From an uncultured Gammaproteobacteria bacterium (lineage in GTDB: Bacteria; Patescibacteriota; Patescibacteriia; Magasanikbacterales; GWA2-37-8): a stretch of DNA of 64,000 bases. The translations under genes and the position numbers were made by a program. The DNA is taken from positions 28,426 through 92,425 of the forward strand of contig CAYHBZ010000002.1 in NCBI GenBank assembly GCA_964355175.1, in the 5' to 3' direction. Under the pieces are notes generated by a model that made no database searches, had not been told where the DNA came from, and worked only from the letters and a program-made list of their open reading frames with translations. Of this stretch, positions 9,240 through 19,322 are shown piece by piece. The first letter of the stretch is position 1; each line of letters starts with the position of its first letter.

Positions 9240-9563
9240 AAATAAGGGCCTAGTAGCCCGATAAAAATAATTTTAAGGCTCTGGCCCTTGAAATGCCGTA
9301 AAGCGAGATGGGATCATCTTGCGATGAAGCCGTCAATCACTGATACAGCGAATTCCCCGACCGCTTGAAGGTATTACCTCGGGCGGCAATAAGGCACAAA
9401 AGGCCAGATCGACGCAAAGATGAGGTTACCGGACAAGAAGAACGGATTCACCACTGCTTTTATTATGTATATTAGCGGTTGTGAATCTACTTCTCAGACT
9501 AAGCAGAACGTGGGTTTGCGTCCACTAGTAAGTGGACAAACGTAAATTGTTGTAAAGAACAAC
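9240..9563 (-). ncRNA. Putative ~320-nt structured non-coding RNA, family unassigned
   Basis: Own promoter, GC-rich multi-stem sequence with a GCAA tetraloop, terminal hairpin plus U tract, no ORF in the track. Confidence 0.6.
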
Positions 9564-9569
9564 AAATAT

Positions 9570-9598
9570 AGTATAACATACTTTTACACTTTTGTCAA
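9570..9598 (-). promoter_or_regulatory. Near-consensus sigma70 promoter of the putative ncRNA
   Basis: Minus strand TTGACA-N17-TATACT with extended TG. Confidence 0.8.
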
Positions 9599-9672
9599 TA
9601 GTTGACAGTTTTAGGCACTTTTTGGCTAAAACTAAACAAAAAATGGTTTAAAATAGGCTATTTTTATCAAAA

Positions 9673-9700
9673 TATTTGTATACACTAGTCTATACAAATA
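9673..9700. repeat. Palindromic site copy 1
   Basis: TATTTGTATA-CACTAGTC-TATACAAATA; inner 26 bp identical to 47747-47772. Confidence 0.85.
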
Positions 9701-9788
9701 AAATTTATCTTAAGTTAGCTAAAATAATGACCGGTTGGTAATGAATTTATTGATAGTTGTACACAGTAGTGTGCACTTTCCCACATAG

Positions 9789-9797
9789 TTATCCACA
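9789..9797 (+). promoter_or_regulatory. Consensus DnaA box
   Basis: TTATCCACA. Confidence 0.55.
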
Positions 9798-9798
9798 A

Positions 9799-9822
9799 TT
9801 TGTATAGACTAGTGTATACAAA
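9799..9822. repeat. Palindromic site copy 2 (inverted relative to copy 1)
   Basis: TTTGTATA-GACTAGTG-TATACAAA, reverse complement of the copy 1 core. Confidence 0.85.
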
Positions 9823-9845
9823 CATAAAATTCACATAGAACAAAT

Positions 9846-9877
9846 AAAAAAATCCCTCGACTTGGTCGAAGGATTTT
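9846..9877 (-). terminator. Terminator downstream of fusA
   Basis: AAAATCCCTCGAC-TTG-GTCGAAGGATTTT hairpin with U tract on the minus strand. Confidence 0.75.
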
Positions 9878-9923
9878 AGTTTGTTTTGAATATTCCTTGT
9901 TTACGCTTAGAATGACAAGTCTT

Positions 9924-11999
9924 TTATTTTTGTTTACCAGTAATAATATTTTGAGCTACATTACCTGGTACATCAGCGTAGTGGCTAAATTCCATAGAGG
10001 AACTAGCACGACCCTGAGACATGGAGCGAAGAGATGTGACATAGCCAAACATACTGGCCAAAGGAACAATAGCTTTTACTACCTTCATTTGACTACGGTC
10101 AGTCATTTCTTGGATCTGACCACGTTTGGAATTCAAATCACCAATACAGTCACCCATGAACTGTTCTGGGGTAACTACTTCAATTTTCATGATAGGTTCC
10201 ATGATCACTGGGTTGGCTTTTTTACAAGCCGCCTGGAAAGCCATCGAGCCGGCCATTTTGAAAGACATTTCTGAGGAATCCACTTCGTGGTAGGAGCCGT
10301 CAGTCACAGTGACTTTGATATCTACTACTGGATATCCAGCCTGGATACCGCGAGTGAGAGATTCTTTGACACCTTTTTCAATTGCAGGAATAAATTCACG
10401 AGGAATTACACCACCGCGAACTTCATCCACAAATTCAAAACCTTTGCCTGGTTCTTGTGGTTCGACAGTCAAATAACAATGACCGTATTGACCCTTACCA
10501 CCAGACTGTTTTACATATTTGCCTTCAGCTTCAGCTTTGGTACGAATAGTTTCTTTGTAAGCTACTTGAGGAGCACCTACATTGGCTTCTACCTTGAATT
10601 CGCGTTTCATGCGATCCACGATAATATCCAAGTGCAACTCACCCATACCGGAGATGATAGTCTGCAAAGTTTCTTCATCAGTCTTGATGCGGAAAGTTGG
10701 ATCTTCTTCAGCGAGCTTCTGCATAGCCATACCAATTTTTTCTTGGTCAGCTTTGGTTTTAGGCTCGATAGCCACAGAGATAACTGGTTCTGGGAAGATA
10801 ATTTTTTCGAGAACAATTGGGTGATCTTCGTCACACAGTGTATCCCCGGTAGTGATATCTTTTAGACCAATAGCGGCCGCAATTTCACCAGAGTATACAT
10901 CAGTTACATCTTCACGGTGGTTGGCGTGCATACGCACGATACGACCGAGACGGCTGCGTTCACCAGTGGTGGAATTGTATAGGTAGCTACCAGCGGAAAC
11001 ATGACCGGAGTATACGCGGAAGAAAACTAATTTACCTACAAATGGATCAGTCATGATTTTGAAAGCCAAAGCAGAGAAAGGTTCTTCATCGGTAGCGTGG
11101 CGAATTTCTTCAGCATCAGTGTCTGGGTTGGTACCTTTGATATCAGCCAAATCAGTAGGAGCTGGCAAATAGCGAATAACCGCGTCCAACATGAATTGAA
11201 CACCAACATTGGCTAAAGCGGATCCACAGATTACTGGGTAGATAGCATTTTTGAGTACCATGCTACGAATCGCTTTATAAATTTCATCAGTAGTGAAAGC
11301 TTCGTTATTGAGAAATTTAGCCATCATGTCATCGTTGGCTTCAGCTACTTTTTCCACCAAGATAGCGCGATGTTTTTCGACATCACCTTTCATATCTTCT
11401 GGAATTGGTACTTCAATAATATTTTCACCACTCTTACCTTCAAAGTGATAAGCTTTTTGTTCGATCAAATCTACCAAGCCAGCAAAAGTAGAATCAGCAC
11501 CAATAGGTAATTGAATTGCTACAGCGTGTTTGGACAAGCGTTCTTGGATAGAAGCCAAGCTCATGAAAAAATCTGCGCCAAGTTTATCCATTTTATTTAC
11601 AAATGGTACACGAGGTACGTTATATTTATCAGCTTGGTGCCAAACAGTTTCGGACTGTGGCTCTACACCCTGAGATCCATCAAATACGGCGACCGCACCA
11701 TCAAGTACGCGCAAAGAGCGCTCTACTTCTACAGTAAAGTCTACGTGTCCAGGAGTATCAATAATATTAATGCGATGATCTTTCCAGAAACAAGTGGTAG
11801 CGGCGGAAGTAATAGTAATACCACGTTCTTTTTCTTGTTCCATCCAGTCCATTTCGGCAGCACCTTCGTGCACTTCACCGATTTTGTGTTTTTTTCCGGT
11901 ATAGAATAATACGCGTTCGGTAGTAGTTGTTTTACCGGCGTCAATATGAGCTGCAATGCCGATGTTACGTGTTTTGTCTAGTGAAAATTCACGAGGCAT
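9924..11999 (-). CDS. fusA: Elongation factor G
   Basis: [34 protein letters not shown], five-domain EF-G length. Confidence 0.99.
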   Translation of the reverse strand: MPREFSLDKTRNIGIAAHIDAGKTTTTERVLFYTGKKHKIGEVHEGAAEMDWMEQEKERGITITSAATTCFWKDHRINIIDTPGHVDFTVEVERSLRVLDGAVAVFDGSQGVEPQSETVWHQADKYNVPRVPFVNKMDKLGADFFMSLASIQERLSKHAVAIQLPIGADSTFAGLVDLIEQKAYHFEGKSGENIIEVPIPEDMKGDVEKHRAILVEKVAEANDDMMAKFLNNEAFTTDEIYKAIRSMVLKNAIYPVICGSALANVGVQFMLDAVIRYLPAPTDLADIKGTNPDTDAEEIRHATDEEPFSALAFKIMTDPFVGKLVFFRVYSGHVSAGSYLYNSTTGERSRLGRIVRMHANHREDVTDVYSGEIAAAIGLKDITTGDTLCDEDHPIVLEKIIFPEPVISVAIEPKTKADQEKIGMAMQKLAEEDPTFRIKTDEETLQTIISGMGELHLDIIVDRMKREFKVEANVGAPQVAYKETIRTKAEAEGKYVKQSGGKGQYGHCYLTVEPQEPGKGFEFVDEVRGGVIPREFIPAIEKGVKESLTRGIQAGYPVVDIKVTVTDGSYHEVDSSEMSFKMAGSMAFQAACKKANPVIMEPIMKIEVVTPEQFMGDCIGDLNSKRGQIQEMTDRSQMKVVKAIVPLASMFGYVTSLRSMSQGRASSSMEFSHYADVPGNVAQNIITGKQK

Positions 12000-12025
12000 A
12001 GATTTTTAAATTTAATTTTTTATAA

Positions 12026-12502
12026 TTATTTTGCAAATCTAGCAAAATGGGCAAAAGCTTTATTAGCTTCAGCCATTCTGTGCACATCGTCACGTTTCTT
12101 TACAGCATCACCAGTGTTGTTGTGGGCGTCGGTCAAAACAGTAGCCAATTTTAAATGCATTGGCTGACCTTTTTTAGCGCGAGCGGCGCCGATGATCCAG
12201 CGGAAAGCCAAAGCGTTCTGACGTTCACCGCGTACTGGCAAAGGTACCTGATAGTTGGCACCACCAACACGACGGGAGCGTACTTCCACCTGAGGGCGGA
12301 TAAGGTTGATTGCTTCTTCAAAAACTTTCATCGCATCTTTTTTTGTATCAGCTACGATTTTGTCCATCGCTTTGTAGAAAATACCTTGAGCAGTGGTTTT
12401 TTTACCACCTTCCATCAAAAAGTTGATGAATTTAGCGGCCAAGACGCTGCCATATTTCGGGTCAGCGCTGATAACACGTTGTTTTGATTGTTTACCTCTC
12501 AT
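12026..12502 (-). CDS. rpsG: 30S ribosomal protein S7
   Basis: SRRVGGANYQVP, HRMAEANKAFAH. Confidence 0.99.
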   Translation of the reverse strand: MRGKQSKQRVISADPKYGSVLAAKFINFLMEGGKKTTAQGIFYKAMDKIVADTKKDAMKVFEEAINLIRPQVEVRSRRVGGANYQVPLPVRGERQNALAFRWIIGAARAKKGQPMHLKLATVLTDAHNNTGDAVKKRDDVHRMAEANKAFAHFARFAK

Positions 12503-12520
12503 AAGATTCAGTCATTAAAA

Positions 12521-12949
12521 TTATTTCTTGGCAGCTTTAGGACGCTTGGTACCATACAAACTGCGACCGCGACGGCGTTTTTCGATACCCTGAGTATCAT
12601 AAACACCACGCACAATGTGGTAACGAACACCAGGAAGATCTTTTACACGACCACCACGAATCAAAACGATTGAGTGTTCCTGCAAGTTGTGACCTTCACC
12701 TGGAATATAGGCAATAACTTCCATACCGTTGGAAAGGCGAATTTTCGCTACTTTACGCAACGCGGAGTTTGGTTTTTTAGGAGTAGTGGTATAAACCTTG
12801 GTACAAACGCCACGTTTAAAGGCGCAACCTTTGGCAAATACGGTTTTGCGGCGGTGCAAGTTATCAATTGTAAACTGCAATGCCGGCACTTTGGTTTTGC
12901 GTACTTTGTCAGTACGGCTTTTGCGAATCAGTTGATTTACTGTAGGCAT
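12521..12949 (-). CDS. rpsL: 30S ribosomal protein S12
   Basis: [24 protein letters not shown]. Confidence 0.99.
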   Translation of the reverse strand: MPTVNQLIRKSRTDKVRKTKVPALQFTIDNLHRRKTVFAKGCAFKRGVCTKVYTTTPKKPNSALRKVAKIRLSNGMEVIAYIPGEGHNLQEHSIVLIRGGRVKDLPGVRYHIVRGVYDTQGIEKRRRGRSLYGTKRPKAAKK

Positions 12950-13099
12950 AGTGTGAGTTAATTTGGCTAATCCTAGCGGATTTTGCCGATTTTTTTAATA
13001 ACAAAAAACTGACCATATATAATCAGCCACGATTTTTCTGGTCCGCCCAAGATCAAAATATCAGATAAATACTGTGATTTTTGGACTAGTTCTGACCAA

Positions 13100-13128
13100 A
13101 TAATACTATATATATAAGGCTTTGTCAA
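13100..13128 (-). promoter_or_regulatory. Promoter of the rpsL operon
   Basis: Minus strand TTGACA followed by TAGTAT at near-canonical spacing, about 150 nt upstream of rpsL. Confidence 0.6.
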
Positions 13129-13132
13129 GAGT

Positions 13133-15151
13133 TTAAAGATCGTCGACACTTCTCAGAAAGCTGCCTGGCTTGATTTTTATGGGCCGGTCATCGTCTTCGG
13201 AGATGTATTGGATCTCGTCGTCATTAAAAATTGAGCTGCCGGAGCGTAATATTGAGTGATCATCGAGTAAATCCTGACTAATTTCGGAGAGGAAAATGCT
13301 TGGTCCGGCACCAGAGCCCCAACTATCGGCCTGCATCGGGAAAGTGAGATAGAGATTTTCTTTAGCGCGGGTAACAGCAACATAAAATAGGCGGCGTTCT
13401 TCTTCCAGACCATTTTCTTCGCGTAGGGCACGCGCGTTTGGAAATCCTTCGTTGACTAAATTTATAATAAAAACATTTTTCCATTCCAAACCCTTGGCCT
13501 GATGAATCGTCGACAAAACAATTCTACCTTCTTTTAATTTTTGTTGGTCGGTAGGGTGAGCAAAAGATTCTTGGAGTGAAGCCTCAGCCAAAAAGTCGGA
13601 AAGGTCTTTTTGTTTTTTGGAAATTTCTGCTAATTGTTTTAAATCTTTTTTTCGATCATCGCTGTCCAGAAATTCTGCGTCCAAATAGTCGGTATACGAT
13701 GACTCTAGTAGGGCAGAAATTAATTCACCGGTATTATTGTCTGGCTCAGCCGATCTTTGTAAAAGTTTTTCAAATATTTTGAAAAAATTATTCCAACCGG
13801 TCCAGGCTTTGCCAGTAAGATTGTCGCCAATATTTTTTAGTTGATCAATATTTTCTAATTTTTGTACTTGAGAAATTATTTTTTGCGCGGCCGCCGGACC
13901 AATACCTTCTTCGTGTTGTAATATTCGCATCCAGGCGGCAGTGTCGGCGAGGTTATTAAAGATTCTGAGATAACTTAAAATATCTTTCACATGAGCGCGT
14001 TCAAAAAAGCGTAGACCGCCGCGATAATCATAGAGAATTCCGGCGCGAGCCAAAGCGATTTCCAACGCCTGAGAATGATGGGTGGCTCTGAATAAAATAG
14101 CGATTTGATTGGGGTTTATGCCCATATCTAGTGCCTCCACAATCTTTTTTACAATAAAATTTGCTTCAGATTCTTGGTCAATCTGCGGGTGTAAAGCGGG
14201 TTTTGGCAAACCGCTCTTTAAGGCGCGTAATTTTTTGGCGTATTGTTTTGAATTGTTGCTAATAATATTATTAGCCAGATTTAGAATTTCTTCACTGGAG
14301 CGATAATTGGTTTCCAGGCGAAATATTTTTGCGTCCGGATATTTTTCTTCGAAGTTTAAAATATTACGAATATCGGCCGCGCGAAAAGAGTAAATACTCT
14401 GAGCGTCATCTCCTACCACTAAAATATTTTTGTGAACGGTTGCTAGTTTATCTATTATAGCCGCCTGAATTTTGTTGGTATCCTGGTATTCATCAACCAA
14501 TATATATTGAAATTGAGTGGCAAAATAATGTTGAACAGCCGGTAGATTAAATAAAGCGGAAAGATTTACCAATAGGTCGTCAAAATCCATCGCGTTGGCT
14601 TCTTTTTTCTTGAGAGCGTAGCGGCTAGCAATATCGGCAAAAGTGTCGGACAGTGGCCAGTAGCCAGGATATTTTTTATCAATAACTTCGCCAACCGTTT
14701 GGTCGGCATTGCGAGCATAGGAAATAATATTGCCGATAATTTTGGCGGAAGGAAATTTTTCACCGGTTTTAAATTCTTTTACGACCAGCTTTAAAAGCGC
14801 CTGGGCATCGTCGGCATCGAGTACGGTAAAATTATTTTTATATCCCAGGTGAGCGGCGTATTTACGTAAAATCTTATTGCCAATGTGGTGAAATGTGCCG
14901 GACCAAGGCAAACGGCTTTCCAGGCCGGTAATTTTTTGCACACGCTCAATCATTTCATTGGCCGCTTTGTTGGTAAAAGTAACCAGTAAAATATTTTCTG
15001 GATTAAGGCCTCTTTCTAAGAGATAGGCGACACGGTAGGTGATGGTGCGAGTCTTGCCAGATCCGGCGCCAGCCAACACCAAACAAGAACCGTCGCCATT
15101 TTGGACGACATCCAGCTGTTCTTTGTTTAATTCTTGTTCAAAATTTATCAT
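13133..15151 (-). CDS. UvrD/PcrA/Rep family ATP-dependent DNA helicase
   Basis: AGAGSGKT, TFTNKAA, VDEYQD, VGDDAQSIY, NYRS, STIHQAKGLEW, EERRLFYVAVTRA. Confidence 0.96.
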   Translation of the reverse strand: MINFEQELNKEQLDVVQNGDGSCLVLAGAGSGKTRTITYRVAYLLERGLNPENILLVTFTNKAANEMIERVQKITGLESRLPWSGTFHHIGNKILRKYAAHLGYKNNFTVLDADDAQALLKLVVKEFKTGEKFPSAKIIGNIISYARNADQTVGEVIDKKYPGYWPLSDTFADIASRYALKKKEANAMDFDDLLVNLSALFNLPAVQHYFATQFQYILVDEYQDTNKIQAAIIDKLATVHKNILVVGDDAQSIYSFRAADIRNILNFEEKYPDAKIFRLETNYRSSEEILNLANNIISNNSKQYAKKLRALKSGLPKPALHPQIDQESEANFIVKKIVEALDMGINPNQIAILFRATHHSQALEIALARAGILYDYRGGLRFFERAHVKDILSYLRIFNNLADTAAWMRILQHEEGIGPAAAQKIISQVQKLENIDQLKNIGDNLTGKAWTGWNNFFKIFEKLLQRSAEPDNNTGELISALLESSYTDYLDAEFLDSDDRKKDLKQLAEISKKQKDLSDFLAEASLQESFAHPTDQQKLKEGRIVLSTIHQAKGLEWKNVFIINLVNEGFPNARALREENGLEEERRLFYVAVTRAKENLYLTFPMQADSWGSGAGPSIFLSEISQDLLDDHSILRSGSSIFNDDEIQYISEDDDRPIKIKPGSFLRSVDDL

Positions 15152-15222
15152 ATGAGTTTACATTTTAACACACCTTGATTTTTTGAGCAAAATAGCGTAA
15201 AGTTGGCATAAATATAATACTT

Positions 15223-16380
15223 ATGTCATTTTTTGAACTTATTCACGAAGACAAAAATACCGGTGCGCGCGTTGGTATCATGCATACCGATCACGGTGAT
15301 ATTCCTACGCCAGTTTTTATGCCGGTTGGCACCCAGGCTTCGGTCAAGACATTGGATCAGACTGATCTACTTACTTTGGATCCAAAAATTATTTTGGGCA
15401 ATAATTACCATTTACATTTGCGCCCGGGCGAAGATTTGATTGTTAGCGCTGGTGGACTTCATAAATTTATGAATTGGGACAGGCCGATCTTGACTGATTC
15501 CGGTGGTTTTCAGGTATTTTCACTTGGTATCCAAAAAGAACAAAAAGGCCAACAAGGAAAATTGGTAAAAATTGATGAGAACGGTGTGAAATTCCGTTCA
15601 CATATTGATGGCTCTGAACATCGCTTCACTCCGGAATCAGCGATTGAATGCCAGCACAAAATTGGCGCGGATATTATCATGGCTTTTGATGAGTGCACTC
15701 CGGATAATGCCGACTACATATATACCAAAGCCGCGATGGAGCGTACTCATCGTTGGGCAGAGCGCTGTGTGACAGAACATAAAAAAAATACTTCTTATCA
15801 TGGTTATCACCAATTCTTATTTGGTATTATTCAAGGCGCCAATCATGAAGAGTTGCGTCAAGAGTCCGCGAAATTTATCACTGGTTTGGATTTTGATGGT
15901 ATTGCGATTGGTGGTGAGAGTATTGGTTATAATATGGAAGCCACGGAAAATATTTTGCGTTGGGTAATGCCTTTTATACCAAAAGATAAACCGCGCTATA
16001 CTATGGGTGTGGGGCTGGATCCAGTGGATTTGCTCAAAGTAGTGGCAGGAGGAGCTGATATGTTTGATTGTGTGGCGCCGACTAGATTGGCGCGTCATGG
16101 CATGCTCTTTGTAAATACGGTGGAGGATCCAAGACGCCGTTTGAATATTACTAATGCCTCTTTTGTCAAAGATTTTTTTCCAATTAGCGCCGACTGTACT
16201 TGTCTAACTTGTAAAAATTATTCTCGTGCTTATTTGCACCACCTATTTAACGCCCAGGAACTATCGGCAATGCGTTTGGCGACCATTCATAACATTCATT
16301 TCATGCTTGATTTGATGCGAAAAGCGCGTGAAGCTATATTGGAAGATAGATATAAGGAATTTATGACTATTTGGGAATAA
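15223..16380 (+). CDS. tgt: tRNA-guanine transglycosylase (queuosine pathway)
   Basis: TPVFMPVGT, LTDSGGFQVFS, FGIIQG, DMFDCVAPTR, C.C.TC...HN Zn site. Confidence 0.97.
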   Translation: MSFFELIHEDKNTGARVGIMHTDHGDIPTPVFMPVGTQASVKTLDQTDLLTLDPKIILGNNYHLHLRPGEDLIVSAGGLHKFMNWDRPILTDSGGFQVFSLGIQKEQKGQQGKLVKIDENGVKFRSHIDGSEHRFTPESAIECQHKIGADIIMAFDECTPDNADYIYTKAAMERTHRWAERCVTEHKKNTSYHGYHQFLFGIIQGANHEELRQESAKFITGLDFDGIAIGGESIGYNMEATENILRWVMPFIPKDKPRYTMGVGLDPVDLLKVVAGGADMFDCVAPTRLARHGMLFVNTVEDPRRRLNITNASFVKDFFPISADCTCLTCKNYSRAYLHHLFNAQELSAMRLATIHNIHFMLDLMRKAREAILEDRYKEFMTIWE

Positions 16381-16422
16381 AAAACAATCCATATTAATGA
16401 ATTGTTTCGAGGTTTGTGTAAA

Positions 16423-16785
16423 TTAGTGAATTGTGGTGTATATGCCAAAAATGTTCATTTCTCCTCGGTAATTAGGGTTCTCATCTTTGCCAGCACAATG
16501 AATGGCCCAATATTCTTCCTCGGTGATCATCTCTCGATCAAACAAATCTTTCACACTTCCGCCGGGTACATTGCTTTTGTCACTAATGTAGAATTTTTGA
16601 AATCTATAGTTATTCCAGTCAACTATTACCGCATTGCCTCCTGGATTATCTAAAAATTTTACCATATCTTGCACAGGACCAACTTGTGCCCAGTGTCCAT
16701 CAATTTGAACGATGTCTAGTAAACGTGGTTTCGGCACTTCTTGCTTTATTTCTGGCAGCCTACCGCCACCTTCTCTGTCTGACAT
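16423..16785 (-). CDS. Hypothetical protein
   Basis: 120-aa ORF with ATG and AT-rich upstream region; no recognised motif. Confidence 0.6.
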   Translation of the reverse strand: MSDREGGGRLPEIKQEVPKPRLLDIVQIDGHWAQVGPVQDMVKFLDNPGGNAVIVDWNNYRFQKFYISDKSNVPGGSVKDLFDREMITEEEYWAIHCAGKDENPNYRGEMNIFGIYTTIH

Positions 16786-16851
16786 ATATTTTTTATAATA
16801 AAAATTTATTAAACTAATTATATTATACCAAGCTTATTTGGTCAATAAAAT

Positions 16852-17331
16852 ATGCTAAATATAAAAGTTATTTGTCTAGGAAAACTCAAAGAAAAGTATT
16901 GGCAGGCGGCTGAGGTCGAGTATCTAAAACGTTTGTCATCTTTTGTTAAGATAGAAGTAGTAGAGCTAAAAGAAGAATCTTTTGACAACAAAATTCCGAG
17001 TGCTTTGATAAAAGAAAAGGAAGCGCAGTTATTAAAAAACGCCTTGAATAAATTTCAAGACGCTTTTTTGGTGGTGCTCGATGAACACGGTAAGCAATTT
17101 TCTTCGGTGGAGTTTTCTAAAAAAATATCTGATTTAGCTTTGCAAGGAAATAGCCAATTAGTTTTTGTAATTGGTGGACCTTTGGGATTGGATGATTCTA
17201 TTTTAAAGATGGCCAAATTAAAATTATCTTTTTCTTCTTTTACTTTTACTCATCAAATGATCAGAGTATTCTTGTTGGAACAAATTTATAGGGCAATGAT
17301 GATTGAGGGTGGAAGGCAGTACCATTATTAG
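16852..17331 (+). CDS. rlmH: 23S rRNA pseudouridine-1915 N3-methyltransferase
   Basis: GKLKEKY, LDEHGKQFSS, FVIGGPLG, TFTHQMIR..LLEQIYRA, YHY. Confidence 0.96.
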   Translation: MLNIKVICLGKLKEKYWQAAEVEYLKRLSSFVKIEVVELKEESFDNKIPSALIKEKEAQLLKNALNKFQDAFLVVLDEHGKQFSSVEFSKKISDLALQGNSQLVFVIGGPLGLDDSILKMAKLKLSFSSFTFTHQMIRVFLLEQIYRAMMIEGGRQYHY

Positions 17332-17708
17332 TTTATATCATCCGTTGGTTCAGCAATAATTGTTTTTCCTTCAAAATCTTCTTTGCTTATTTCTCCTAAG
17401 AAAACTGGTTTTTTTGGCAATTCCGGTGCCGCGAAGTCGCTGTTGATTCCGATCGTCAAAATCTGCTTTAGGGCGTTGCTATCCGGACAGGTAATATCAT
17501 TGGTAATCTCTGGAAGGAATTGTTCGATTATTTGTTTGGGGGTTTGGTAAGGATTTTCTTCCCAGCGCTTTTTAAATTGTTTTTGTAATTCTTCCTTGGA
17601 AGATGCCTGTAGGCCAAAGAAATCATCAGGTATCTGATCCAAAAAACCATTAAATTTTCTAATGCCCCCCCTCATTATTTCCAAGATTTGTGTTTCTTGT
17701 TCACTCAT
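17328..17708 (-). CDS. Hypothetical protein
   Basis: 126-aa acidic ORF. Confidence 0.6.
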   Translation of the reverse strand: MSEQETQILEIMRGGIRKFNGFLDQIPDDFFGLQASSKEELQKQFKKRWEENPYQTPKQIIEQFLPEITNDITCPDSNALKQILTIGINSDFAAPELPKKPVFLGEISKEDFEGKTIIAEPTDDIN

Positions 17709-17722
17709 AAAATTATTAAAAA

Positions 17723-18259
17723 TTAATTAGGTTTATTTTCTTCCTTCTTGTCTCTATCCGCACGCGCTTCTTCCAAAGCATCTTCGGGTGTTTGTATATA
17801 TTTTGTAAAATTTGCACTTCGGTCTCTGATTAAATTTTCGTTTACTTCTCCTGAAGCCGCTGTGGGTGCTTTTAAATCTTTTGATTTTTTGGATTCGCCG
17901 CCGGATTTTTGAGTACTGCCAGAAAATAAAAATTCTTTGGTTTTAAAATTATCTTTGGCACCGAAAGCTAATTTTAGGCGCAGTGTCGCCAGGCTTTGAA
18001 AGTTTTCATCTCTTTCTTTGTCGCTCATCTGGGATATTAGTATGTTGCAGACCGTGTCCAAGATCCAGTGTTGGTCTTTTGTTGGATCATTGTTATAAAC
18101 TTCAAAGAAAAGGTTTTTAACTCTTTCTTTGGTAAAAAATTTTTTATCAAATAAGCTTTCTTCCATCTCGTCGATAAATTGAGCGAATTGGGCGTAGTTA
18201 AATTGTTCTTTGGCGCTGAGATTCATAAACCCTCTCTCCGGTTCCATTCCTTCACGCAT
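17723..18259 (-). CDS. Hypothetical protein
   Basis: 178-aa charged ORF. Confidence 0.65.
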   Translation of the reverse strand: MREGMEPERGFMNLSAKEQFNYAQFAQFIDEMEESLFDKKFFTKERVKNLFFEVYNNDPTKDQHWILDTVCNILISQMSDKERDENFQSLATLRLKLAFGAKDNFKTKEFLFSGSTQKSGGESKKSKDLKAPTAASGEVNENLIRDRSANFTKYIQTPEDALEEARADRDKKEENKPN

Positions 18260-18320
18260 ATGGTTTACAATTTGTTATAAATTAGCTAAACTATAGGTAG
18301 TTTAGCACTTAATATTTTTT

Positions 18321-19301
18321 ATGTCCAAACCCGTAATTGTGTCCGGTATTCAGCCTACTGGCAATCTCCATATTGGTAATTATTTAGGAGCAGTAAAGAA
18401 TTTTGTCGCTCTGCAAAATAGTGGTAAATATGAGCTTTATATTTTTATTGCCGATCTTCATTCTTTGACCGGTAAAAAGCCGGAGAGAAAATTGCGTGAT
18501 ATGGTGCGTGAAACAGCCGCCGAATTCATTGCCGCCGGTATCGATCCTAAGAAAGTTACATTTTTTGCCCAGTCTGATGTGATTGGACATACTGAATTGG
18601 CTTGGATTTTTAGTTGTGTGACATCGATGGGTGAATTAGAGCATATGACACAGTATAAAGACAAAACCGCTCAATTTCAGCAGGCAACCGCCGGACTATT
18701 TACCTATCCGGTGTTGCAATCAGCGGATATTCTTATATACAAAGGTCAGATAGTGCCAGTAGGCCAAGATCAGGTACAACATGTAGAGCTTACTCGTGAT
18801 GTGGCTCGTTCGTTCAACAATAAGTATGGGGAATTTTTCCCAGAAGCCAAGCATCTTTTGACCCAGGTGCCAAAAGTAATGAGTTTGCTTGAACCAGAAA
18901 AGAAGATGAGTAAAAGTTTGGGTGTTGGGCATGTGGTAGAATTGCGGGAATCTCCAGAAGAGATAGAAAATAAGCTTAAAAAAGCTGTTACTGCCACTAC
19001 CGGAGGTGTGCAAGCACCGGGTGTAGTTAATTTACTTGGATTGCTTAAAGAATTTGGTGATAAGAAAATCTATAATGATTTTGTGGAAGCTGAAAAAGAC
19101 GGCAGTATCCGCTATGGGGATCTAAAAAAAGCGTTGGCTGAGGCAATCGCCAATCATTTTGCCGAGTTTAGGACAAAGCGTGAAAAACTCTTAAAAGATC
19201 CAAAAAAATTGGATAAAATTTTAGCCGGTGGTGCCGCCAAAGCCCAGAAAGTCGCCACTAAAAATATGGTTGAAGTTCGTAAATTGGTAGGTTTAAAATA
19301 A
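18321..19301 (+). CDS. trpS: Tryptophanyl-tRNA synthetase
   Basis: SGIQPTG.LHIGNYLGA, YPVLQSADIL, VPVGQDQ, KMSKS. Confidence 0.98.
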   Translation: MSKPVIVSGIQPTGNLHIGNYLGAVKNFVALQNSGKYELYIFIADLHSLTGKKPERKLRDMVRETAAEFIAAGIDPKKVTFFAQSDVIGHTELAWIFSCVTSMGELEHMTQYKDKTAQFQQATAGLFTYPVLQSADILIYKGQIVPVGQDQVQHVELTRDVARSFNNKYGEFFPEAKHLLTQVPKVMSLLEPEKKMSKSLGVGHVVELRESPEEIENKLKKAVTATTGGVQAPGVVNLLGLLKEFGDKKIYNDFVEAEKDGSIRYGDLKKALAEAIANHFAEFRTKREKLLKDPKKLDKILAGGAAKAQKVATKNMVEVRKLVGLK

Positions 19302-19322
19302 TTTATTTTTAATTTAAAATAT

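Noticed and set aside
9300-9500. TPP riboswitch (CUGAGA, GGUAAUACC, GGGAA on the minus strand)
   Set aside because: The motifs are too far apart, the ACCUGAU core is missing and no thiamine gene follows.
9240-9563. RNase P RNA, tmRNA, SRP RNA or group I intron
   Set aside because: No GAGGAAAGUCC, no tRNA-like ends, no SRP loop motif. The CAGACTA on the plus strand has no matching partner segment downstream and no host gene.
9897-12961. Long plus-strand ORFs opposite fusA, rpsG and rpsL
   Set aside because: Antisense shadows of strongly biased, conserved genes, with no recognisable motifs.
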